DNA of 64,000 nucleotides, taken from assembly GCA_002633005.1 (NCBI GenBank), contig NMRA01000441.1, forward strand, positions 318,809 through 382,808, read 5' to 3'. The stretch comes from Phoronis australis. Lineage: Eukaryota > Animalia > Phoronida. The notes under the pieces are model-generated. The model did no database searches. It saw only the letters and a list, made by a program, of their open reading frames with translations, and had not been told where the DNA came from. This document shows positions 40,401 to 52,400 of the stretch, piece by piece. The number at the start of each line of letters is the position of its first letter. Within the stretch, counting starts at the first letter, position 1. The position numbers were made by a program, and so were the translations under genes.

Positions 40401-43400
40401 AGAAAAGCCCGGTTATTTTTGTAAAATATTGCTTTTACTCAAAACCAATTGAAAACTTAAATATTATAGAAATAAATTGAAGTTATAAATTAAGGTTTAC
40501 CAACTATTATAGCTTAAAACACGTTTTTTTCACGCTAAGCTTCGACCGGGAAATTATCGTCTGCTAAAGTAGGTTACCACAGGTAGCTGAATATAATTCT
40601 CAAGTCAAAGATCCTGACGACACGATACCAGCATTCAAATTGTAGATCGGTGATTTCCAAGTAAGAGGACATGAGAGAAAAATTTCACTGAATTAAGATA
40701 TCATTTTTATGGAAATTATGTGTCTTATTTTTCGTAACGTATAAGTACAGTACAATGCGGTTTGTTGAACGTGCGATTATTGCGCGTGCTCATTTAAGTA
40801 TTTTATTTTCACCCTTGATGACGTCAGTCGCTGCGTGGTGTAGTGGTAAAGTCGGCAACCAGCAATATTAGGGACCCGGGTTCGACCCCGTCCTCGGTTT
40901 CCCGCCAAAACGTTATCTCACTAGTGAGATAACTTTATGGGTTATTACACGGTTATATCTGCCATTTGACGCTAATATTGTGGTATAAAAAGGTACATTA
41001 CTTATATTTATGATTTATTTGACTTGGGCGGACTTTTAATGCCTTACGCATCATTTTGTAATAGATATGGTTTCTCTCCAACATTTACGATTTTATTTTT
41101 ATGGAGTTATGTGTGTACTTTTTCATTTTAACAATGATTCCAGTGATATGAAGTTTCTGTAGGCCTTTCAAATTTCCCAGCAATATCGGTAAGTATTGTG
41201 AATAATTTATATATAACTTCCAATTCATTGAAGGCATTTCCAAAAAGCAAAAAAAGTGAGAATCACAAATTAATATTCTTGATTCATCTGAAAGGTGGAG
41301 GAAAGTTTATTGTTTAGTTACAGATTATTGGAAATTAAAGAGGTTATGTGTTTTCTTCGTTGAAATGTGACCTCGATCATCGGAGTATAGGCCTTTCAGA
41401 CTATTGCCCGTTAGAATTTCATTTCGGACTCATGCGGATCTCTTGATCAACGGCCCTTTGCATGGGCACCACAGGGGCTGTGGATCTATAGTCGTCCACT
41501 TATTTCAGTGCTGCCACGCCCATGCTTTGGACTAACGGGGCAACCCAAATTAATCACTTAACTCAACTCAACCGAAAGCGATTAGTACAGTAATAGATGC
41601 CGTCTGAACTGGGCCAAACCACTGTCGGTGATGACCTGCGACCATCCGTGCACGGAAGAAATGTGACACCATTGGCGCACGCTGGCACAAGGATCCAGCT
41701 GATTGTAACAAGATGTTACATTATACTACATAGGCGGATTTAGGGTGGGGAACAGGGGGCCCGCCCCCCCCCCTTGGCCACCGCAAAAAATAAAACAGCA
41801 AGAGCGTAGGGAACTCTTAAGTTTATTAATTATCCCCGGTAATTAACATTATACAGCTGGAACAAGATTTAAATATGTGCAGTTTTATTGTGTTTGGGGG
41901 GAGGGCTCAGATCCAATTTCAAGTGTCAAATTTGGAACACGGCGCAATCGTAACGGAGCTATGCAGGGGCGGATCCAGGATTTTGAGTCAGGGGGAGCCA
42001 TGGCAGAGTATTAGCCAGGATTTTGCCCGTCAGACATTCGCAACCCCCCACCCCATCTGACCAATTTAAACTGGGAAAATTTTAGGGGGACCATGGCCCC
42101 TTGGCCCCCTTCTAAATCCGCCACTGCTATGGCGAAGTATAGACGCTCCCGCGATATCCCAGACGACCGGCAGTGGCGCTGCGCACTACGACTCCGTTTC
42201 CGTCGTCTGCTTCACTGTGCAATGAAGAAAATTTTACTTCATTTTTTAAAGAAAATGGAATCTGAGTGACGATAAAAAACAGAAGCTGCTGTTAAGATGT
42301 GAATTTTAATGGAAGCCTTAGAGAATCACTGACAGAAACTCATAATTCTCTCTTTGTCAAACCTTAACCTGACGATTTCCAAAGCAATCGCGTCATTAAA
42401 GCCAACACAAAAAACGGATTTGGTCTTTTGGGCAATTGAAGAATATTTTAAATACAACAAATTTGTTACGAACTGATTGCATAAAATATAAAAAGTGTAT
42501 TACGCATTACAAAAAGAAGTAGGTTTCGCGCGCAAACGCTGTGGACCATAAACAAGTAGGTCTCTTAAAAGCAGCGAACGAGGGAAATCAGTGGTGATGC
42601 AGTGGTAAAGTACACGCGCGTTCTTCGCCAGGTCGAGAGTTCGAGTCTGTGGTTATTGCAGTTTTTGAAGTTTGACACGTTCTCCGTTTTTTTTCTTTGC
42701 CTTTTTCTTGGGTAATACTTCAGAAATCAAGGAAAATGCTTGATAGAGCAAAAAAACAGAAAAATTTTCCTGGCGGGAGGGGGGCAAACCCCACTCCCGA
42801 CCTCCCCCCATTCGGCGCTATGCGCATCTACAATCGTGCTTTGCGCAAATGTTTACAGACAAAATGTTGGCCCCCCTTGTGATATCCTACACCCGCCACT
42901 GTACTACAGTTGATTTATGATTGAGCAAAATTATACACTGTGTAGTATATCTGTTGTATTTTGTATGGTGAAACATACACCCTCCACATGCTCCTTTGGA
43001 ATGATACCACCTAAATTGATTTTCAGCGTGAGAAGTCGAACAGTGAAAGGGTAGGAAAACTAATCGAGTGTCTGACAAGAAGTGGAACAGATTCATTCGA
43101 AAAGTTACTCCAGGCCTGTGAAGACACAGATCACCAGCACGTAGCCAAGGCGTTACGAGAAGCAGAATCGAAGTCGCTAAAAGGTTTGCTCTTATGCACA
43201 AGCCCTTTGCTAAGCTGTGTTTAGTTACACAGTCCATCTGGGGCAGCTAGGTGTATAACTAAGAGCAGGGTTCACAATGGGGCTATTCGGAAAACTTACA
43301 ATAACTAGAGGGCGCGCGTGTACTAGTGGTGATAGATTAAGCAGCCTCGATTTCGCGAGCCCTTTAAATATATGGTGAAATGGCTTGCAGCCGTGCCAAC

Positions 43401-46400
43401 TGAATCTGAGATTGCGTAAAAAGGGTGCTTCTGTGAGAGGAAGTAAGCACGATCTTATACAAAGGTAAGGTTTGTGATTATTTTATCGATATTTCATGTT
43501 TATTCTACTGATGCCTGTTAACTGAGATACTCGCCGATGTCGACTTCGCGGCAGTCGCCAGTCGGGTTAATTTTTGTTTGTTGTGATGCGTATTAAGATA
43601 CTTGACGTTAAAATCGGGATCTTTTCGTACATCAAAGCATTAATATTGTTTGGAATGATTTCTAACAGGTTTATCAGTGACAGTTACATCAATCTAAGCT
43701 GAATGTTTATGCTGTCAACTCGATATTGGTTAGTGAGTTAAGATTACAATCCAAGCCCTATGGCAAAGGGTACGTGACAAATATGCATTGCATTAGTCTA
43801 GACTATTTGTTTACTCCCTATCATATGTCTTCCGGAAATCTATTACACGTTGAAATAGGAAATCTAAATGTCTGTTTTCACGTAACCTTTGGTTTTTATG
43901 TTTGAGGGCTGCACCGTACCTGAATTGACAAAAAATTGGTTTCTGCAGCTCAGCAAGATCTTAATTCCCATCCAGTGCAGATCTGATGTCAAAGCCTACT
44001 TTCTGTATTGGAGACAACGAACAAAGCCTTTGAAAAGGAACAACTATTTTTAAAGAAAGGTATGCAAGTCGTTTTGTTAAATTTACTTATTCAGGTCCTT
44101 AACGAGGGATTGGCATAGAGGGTTGGGGTTGTAAAATTTGGTGAAACTGAATGTGTGGAAGTAACAGGTAATACATGCCTGGGGGAAAGAGCATGGTAAG
44201 GTAATTCTTAACCGTCTTGAAGTTTATTTCATGAAACTGTTTTGCTATCAATTGTAAACCCATAAAAATATATTACATTTTCTGAATTCTCAGTGATTGA
44301 ATAGTCTTAACTCGTGCCTTGAAATGCTGCAAGCCGTTTACAAATTCAAATTACTGCCATTTTTTGAAAATTGCATTTTTGATGATGCCTTACGATTTGT
44401 AATTACTGTTAAACAACAGAAAGATTATCGATCATTTTTAAATGACCCAAGTCTTCATACCTTCTATTAGAAGAAAAACAAAAAGTTCCCTCAAGGGAAC
44501 CGTTAAGCCTTAGACTAGAAGTATGCTTGACAGACCCATGAATCTGTAATCTGAGTTTAAAATTGCTGAAAGTATCAAAAGTAAAAAGGCTTGAAAATAA
44601 GTAAAAAAGGTTTGAAGGTGTCGCAAAAAAATTGTATGTTTTGCAGACAAGTGATGCGTTTAAAGAATTGTTATGGCTACGAACGAAAAATAAAGATGCA
44701 GTTTTATGCAATACTTATTATAAACACCCTTGGTTTCTAAAAATAGTAATTATTTAATTTTATGTGAAATTGCAGAGCGTTCACCATTTCCTATTTTTGA
44801 AAAACAGGGGTAGCATTTTTGACCCAACCTAGAGTACTTAATTATTCATATTTCAATATTCGTTCCAGGTTCAGTGATATTTTAAGGCCACTTCAAGCCG
44901 CAACATAGACAAGCTTTGTTACTCCGTTCTCTTCCCACAGCACTTCCACACACCAGCAGTGCTGCATGGGACAATGTGCAAGTCAGTGGCCCTGGAGAAA
45001 TGTGAATGGCAGTACTAAGTTACCATAAGACAATGTGTCAGTGGATTGTTTGTGTGTGAAGAGGAAATATATCCGACTGTTACACAAGTCAGCCTCGTTG
45101 GTGAGGATGCCCTTTCATTGGCAATGAGTCATGTGTGGACAATAGCCTTATTTCCTTTCCTGGAAGAAACATGAGGGACTGAAGCTAAAGAAGACCTAGT
45201 GACAGTCTGGTCTAGTTCAGGGTCCGATTTTGGGCACAAAACGATTCAAGTGATATGCTGTTGTGTTTACCTTCAAGGGTCTAATTGTGGATGTTATTGA
45301 GGCTGTATGAGGTTACGTGAATGAAAGCCACATGACGAAAATGGACCTTTTTACAACCGCTTCTATAGGCCATTGAAACTAGATCCCAGTGAAATGAAAA
45401 CCAAAAGCATCTGGAATAAATATCTGTCTTTTTTCACTGAGTGATATTAACTTTTCCTTTCAGAAGAAAGACTGTATACTAATGGTAAAAACTTTTCAAT
45501 TTTGTACACATTATGGGTAAATGACATTCAGTGACAGCATCGTCTTATTGTCAGTAGAAAGCCTGTTAATGTTACACTTTGATGATCAAATAAATTTTTA
45601 ATCACCAGGAAAGTTTGTCACTAATTATTGAAACCACAATATTTCTTCAGTTTTAAAGCCCCATACAGTGCACTTGTGCTTATTCTTGATTAAGCTGAAA
45701 TGATTACCGAATACGCTTGCGAATTGTCACTTTCCTGTTGACCTATAGAAATGTCCAGCGATAAAAATGAAGTATTCCCTTTGTTTGCATTTGATTTGTT
45801 TGTGTGTGTAATTATTTTTAGAGCTTTTTCAAGAAGGCCTTTGAACAATTTTATGGTTTGTGTTAACTTGTCTATGAACAAAAGTTCCACATGCAGTAAT
45901 ACTATGTTTTCAATTGTAGCTAGCTGCTATGCACAAGATTCCAGAATAAACAATTATCAGTGTATTTAAAAACAAAATGGCTAACTGAACAAGCACATAC
46001 GTACATACATGAAAAGAAACAACATTGCGATTGAGTCCATAATCAGGCATATCAAGTGGTGAATTCCTGAATTAGCTTCATTTCTCTCAGGTTATTGCTG
46101 AAGGATTGCTTTTCACGTTGTCCAAAAGTAAAAAAGATGGTCAGGCGGTTGGTTTCAGTTGTTTTCTCTCACCTGTAACAGAATAGTGGGAGAAATATTA
46201 GCAAATCATAAAAGAAACGACAAGACAAGCTACTTTTGTAAGGCAGAACATACTTCACGTTTCATCTTCATGTTTATATGTAGATACTAATAATCTTTGT
46301 ACCCAAGTCTTATTTAATATCTGAATTAAAATATGTGAAACAGGCTAAAAGTGATTTAACAAGGTGTATTTTTCATGACACTTAAAATGTGCTTCTGATC

Positions 46401-49400
46401 TCAACAAGCAAAATTCATTCTATGTGTAAATTTTTATTCCAGTGCAATGTTACAATATTTACTGAATTAAGGCTTATTCATGTTAATTCGGTAACTAATC
46501 TGGTAGTCCTGGGGTTGGTTTCCGCTATAAAATAAGGAAACTCACTCATCTAGAGAATGTTTTGGACACAGCATAGTTTTGAAGAGAAACTGCTGTGAAA
46601 AAGTCACCCTTGACTTCTGAGCGTCATTACCATACACCTCTTATATTGGACGCACTCCTACCCAGGGCAATATGAATATGTGCTGCAAGCCTACCCGGTA
46701 TCCGAGTCCCGGTAAGTTTCCAAAAAGAAACACTTAGCTCCACTCATAAACCCATTATTCAGTGGGGTAACTGGTGGGGATAACCAGTGGCGGATTTAGG
46801 GGGGGGGCAAGGGGGACATGCCCCCCCCCTAAAAATTCTCCCAGGTACCATGAACAAACCCCTTTTACCGTTTTTTTAGTAATAAGGTCTACAAACCCCA
46901 AGATTCGAGACCCCTGCATCCCTACATTTTAGGCTGGGCGTGCGCACGTGGCGATATTCCGGTTATTCCTGTACCCTGCCCCCCCTAACTCAAAATCCTG
47001 GATCCGCCCCTGATAACATCACCGAAGGATGTCGATAGAAACTGATTGCTAAAAACTTACCAAGTAAATGGAAATACATAGAGTACACAAGGGGCTTCAG
47101 CATCCACACACTTTTTGTCAGTTGGTTGACCCTTTTGACCGCAATTGTCCCCGAATATAGTAACCTTAGGTCTTTTGGGAATTTGTGGCCACTTGTCGCA
47201 GACTTGCACCACGGAAAATAGCGGTAATAAGGCTTAGCGCGACGATGTATTTTGATAAAAAATTCCATCTTTTACCAGTTTTTTTACATGCAGACAGCGA
47301 CGCATGCGCAATTCAATCACCACTAGTACAGCAGCGACACCGCGAGGAGAATTCTCGAGAACTGCTTTCACATCTAGATCTTGCATGTCAATTTCAAAAG
47401 GTTCGATTGTGTGTGAATAATGCTCATAATTTACGTTTGTCAGCAAAATTCTAAGTTACTTTTAGGACTAGTTACTCCACTACATGTAAGACAAAAAGTA
47501 ATCCACTCACCTTATGGCGAGAGCCAGAGAGTAGGGATTGATCTTCAATCACGAGAAATGCATCGTCAAAGTGCCTGAAGTGAGCTTCTTGGTATATGAT
47601 TTACTTTGCCAATGAAGTCAAATTTCATCCTCGAAAGACCCAGCTTGTGTGACGGAACTACAACAGTTTCTAGGAATGATACAGTATTTGTCTTTCTTTA
47701 TTCCGATTCTATCCCATCACTGACAGAACTTTTGAGTTAACTTACGAAAGAACACACACAATGGTTGTGGACGCACACTTACGAAAAGACTCTGTAGACA
47801 ATAAAAAACGAGATATGCCGAGATGTCTACGTTACTTTCAATGAAAACAAATATCCAAGTAGACACAAGCCTTCAGGGTTGAGGTACAGCATTGGCTACA
47901 CAAGAAGGTGAGTATGTGATTAACTTAACACATTACCAGAAATATTGAAACCGTAAACTGCGCATGCGCGAAAATCACTCAATTAGCCCCCTTCAGGATA
48001 CATGGGATTCGCAGAACAACACAGCGTGAGGGTCTTATTTATGAATCAATCACATTTGCCGATAGCACATAACATAGATAAATATTTTGTTAAAAATTAA
48101 CGTGGCCAAGTTTCAGCAAAATTGTAAAAAAATTATGTTTAACATGGTATGGCCAAAGTTTTGGCTTATTTTGTCTCTTCGATCAGTGGAATCGCCGTTA
48201 AAAACCCGAAAGTGCATGTGAGAAAACGATAATTTTCGACCAAGCCTTTCATGTGCGGTTAGTTGCCGATAGACCCAACAGATGTCAGTATAATCAAGAT
48301 TGAAATGTAGGAGTTTGAAGAAAATTAGACAAAATTTTGTATTTAACATGGGGTGGCCGAAAATTGCCAATTTTGGCCTTTTGATATCATCATAGACTAT
48401 CATTAGTGGGTCTAATTAAGTTTTTGGTTAAATCACTGATAATATTCACACCAGTACTAATAAACGTTTTCTCTATATATAACAGTTTTATTCCAATTTC
48501 TAAGTAGTGCGTACAACAGGAATTGGCCCTTTACCGGCCCGGTCCATAGTATGGGAGCTAAAATTCAGCTCTAAAAGTAGCTTTATGTGCGCGGAAAACT
48601 CACCCGATCCACTTCAGAGAAAAAAAACCTCGTAGTACCTAACAATAATTTGTTTCCGAGTACTTCGGACATGGTTTAAAATTGAAAGGGGTCATTACAA
48701 GTTGAATTTATGAGAATTGTATTGTTGCATTGCGAACTGAAAACTAGGATTGAGGTCATTTGTGCGAGATAAGGCAACGAGTAAGGACAGCTTTGATTTG
48801 CTTACGAGTGGTGACTCATGACATTGGCCAGACATCTGTAATAATATGATTTGTCTTTCCTTTTCAAAGGGAATATATTTTAACTTTGGTAATTTTGGGC
48901 TACAAAATGTAGAACAACCTTCCTGGTGCTTCTCTCCAGTACACGCAGAGAGTGAAGCGCTAACTCAGTGGTCCATACGCGATGGTCTAGTTTACGCAGA
49001 GAACCTGGCGGATGACCTAGTTAACGAATTGCTGGTATGAGACTATTGCTGGTAATGATCGCCGGGCTCCTTACCTAAACGGAAGAGAGATGTGCAAAGA
49101 TTGAACGAGAGATTTTAGCGGTAGTATTTGGAGTTGAAAACGACACTATGACCAATCCACGAAAGAACGCCTTGATTTACACGTGGGAAAGACTGTTGGA
49201 ATACAGAATCCACAGAACCTACAATGATCACCAGTGAAGGTTGTGAAAGACAGCCAAGATCTTACATTGCGGAAACTCAATGAGGAACAAGCTGCTCTTG
49301 AAAGACGTGACGAGCCCGCAGGATGTACCCATCTCGGCTGAGACGTGCCGTCAGGACATGCTAACTTCTCAAATACCTTCGTCCAAAGATGGCGTCATCG

Positions 49401-52400
49401 CATCCGAAGGGATTACAATGAGTGACAGACTTCGGTGCCTCAGTGGTGCCTGACAGAGCTCGATGATGCCCACCTGCGTGACATGAAGACTATATATACA
49501 TGTTCAAAAACGGTATTTTAATACCGTTAAAACGGTATAAGGAATGATATTTTTCTGCGTAGTTTTCTTGCTTTCATTGATCTAGTTTCATGTTCCTTTT
49601 GGGTGCCATGTAATTGTTGTAGCAGTGTGAACCATGTATGTATAACGGTTGTTCATTCACGTTATCGCATGCTTGGTGGGGAGATGTATTGATAGCTTCT
49701 TGTAAGTTGGGATATGTATCCAATTTCCTGTTGTGGGTGTCAAGCGAGATTTTACTCTTTGGCTTGGTCAATACCCGTGTTCTCGCTTGATGTCTGCGTT
49801 CATTCGAATTCATCGAGAAGTTTGAATTATTCCGACAAATGTTTTATGTCTACTCTCTTGTTTTTTATTTGCGCGCCAGATACACACAGTATTGATACAC
49901 CCAACCGCATGTTCATCACTTACAAATATACGCGTATGTTTGGATTTGACTTTTGGTCCCTAAACTGATATTTACCGTATGTACACCTCGGGATTGTCAG
50001 CAGGAAGCCCCGGCCTGTTCCGGTACACGCTTCAAAGATATCAAGTTATTACGTAACATTGATTTCAGGCAGTGATAAGCTCTGGGTGATATGTGCCTGA
50101 GCATTTACAATTTGAAGTGCGATACTTGTACCTAATGAACAAAGGTGTTTTAATGGGCAAAATCCACCCAAGTTTGCCACAGACATGACCGTGCACCTTT
50201 GCTTAAAGATCAGGAATTTTGCCTAAGGAATGAGAGTACAACACTGATAAAAATGGCAACTATGAGGTGGCGCAAATTAAATCAAACCCATCCGAAAAAA
50301 TGAAAAAACCTCGTCGTCTCCCTAATAGAAACCTGCTTGCCAAATTTCATGAAAATTCGTCCAGCAACTCCGAAGAAATGGAAGCCAATGGGAAAAAATT
50401 ACGATGACAAGACACAGCCGAAGGCACTTCTGGCGTTCAAAAGAATTAAGTTGCCATCTGTTGCCACATTCATAGGAACACATTTGTCACATTTCACAAA
50501 GGTCCTGTCAGGGGAATTATGATATACAGCTTTTACAGCTGCGGTTGCAAAAAAAGAAAGTTGCCCATTGGAGGCGCCACAGCAGTTGGACCCGTGTCCG
50601 AAAATCAACGTCAATCGTGCTGGCTGTGGTCAGTAGGAAAATATCTGCCAATTTTCTTAATGATCTATTTAGCTGTTTGAGTATAAAGAGGCTGAAGCAA
50701 ATAAGTCTAAAACGGCTGGAAATATAAATGTGTTGTTGTCTCATTAATGGAAACTCATTTGTCAAATTTCACGAAAACTGGGAAAACAAGGAACTCTGAA
50801 GATAAGGTAAACGTAAAAAATTATTATTAATAAGGAGCTCAACCGGAAGTGGTCGTCATCATCCGTTGTGACATTCATTGAAAAACACTGTCAACTGTCA
50901 TAAACATCATGCAAAGGGTTAAGGAGATACTCCACATCTCTCACAATCAGACTATAATGAAAAGAAATTGGCGCAAAACTCTTGCCTCCCAAAACGTCAC
51001 TTCCGGAGTAGAGGACGAGAAATTAATCAAATTACGAAAAGCTGTAATTAAGTGAAAAATGTGTCTGGGATAATAAGCGAACCTTATTTTTGCTAAAAGT
51101 GACATGAAAAAAGACTGCTTTCGCCTTTAAAACTGTATGAATGATAAATGCTCCACAAAACTGAATTTGTGATAAAAAGTTAACGCAAAGTTGGCTTTTA
51201 GAGGAAACTTTCGGAATCCGAATATACGCACCTACCAGCCCACAGATGGTGTATCGATTAGTGGGAATAGTTGAATTAGTCGAAATGCTTGTTCTGTGTC
51301 TCCCACGTGTGAGCCTGGTGAGCCTGCAGATGACGTCAAGTACGTTATCTACCTGTCCGCAGGTGGCGCAGCGATTAGTGGGAATAGTTAAATTGGTTGT
51401 AATGCCTGTTCTGTGTCTGAAGATGTGAGCCTGTTGCTGATGTCGTGTTTGTTATCAGCCTGGCCCTGAAATAGTTGAATTACGGTAGTTAAGATGCGTG
51501 TTTGGATTCCCTGAAATTGTGAGCCTGTTGATGACTTCATGTACGTTATCTACCTGCCCACATGTGGTGAAGCGATTAGTGGGATTAGTACAATTAATAT
51601 ATCTGGACACTTGACACTAGAAGTTGTAACACCAAATAAATACCCAAAAGGCCATGGGCGTTTCATTGGGTGGGCTTATCTATGGAAAATCATGGTAATA
51701 AGAATAATGTCCACTAGACGGCTCATAATACTTCGAATCCGGACGGCACTGTAGTCTCTTTAATAGAAACCTATTTGATAAATTTCGTGAAAATCCATCC
51801 TGGATAAACACAAAGATAAAAGGCTAAAACTGTCACTACAGGGTGCAGCGATAGTCGCATCGGTCAGAATTTGTTAGCATTTGTCGTCAGGTCCAAACTG
51901 AAGGAATCCACATGCTAAATCTCATTAAAATCCTGCAGTTGGTTTAGGAGATACAGCAGAGGACAACGGCCGCCTGGACAGAGATGACGGCAGTATGCGC
52001 CTAAGCATGTGTGGGCACATAAAAATAAAGTTGAATCGTTACCGTAGTAGGACCTGTTTAAAATTTACTCTAGGGATCCACCTTTTTGGTACTGGCATAC
52101 TTGAAGATAGATTGACACTTTTATGGTCACGTAAGCACAAAGAACAATATGTTTTGTAGTTGTAAAAACGAACTTAAAGATTTCTAAGGTTGGTGTTAAT
52201 AAGTTCAGGTGAATTATAGGTGCACTAAGTCGGACAAGCTACACAGAGTTAATGTCGAGCCCTGTTTAATTCACAGCATTTGACCTGCGTTTCCAACTTA
52301 TGTTTTCAGGTGTTCCTTATCGCCAGACCAGGCAAGTAGACGGCCTCATTAAGCAAACTCTTGGGGATGGAATAATGAGGAGGGTTTCTGGGGAACAAAT

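Noticed and set aside
40830-40895. tRNA-like segments here and at ~42590-42650, 186-250 and 19570-19640 as real tRNA genes
   Set aside because: A/B boxes are present but I could not build acceptor and anticodon stems; all lie inside repeats.
43980-44059. AG...GT-bounded segment as an additional exon of the CARD gene
   Set aside because: In the required phase it hits TGA before the donor.
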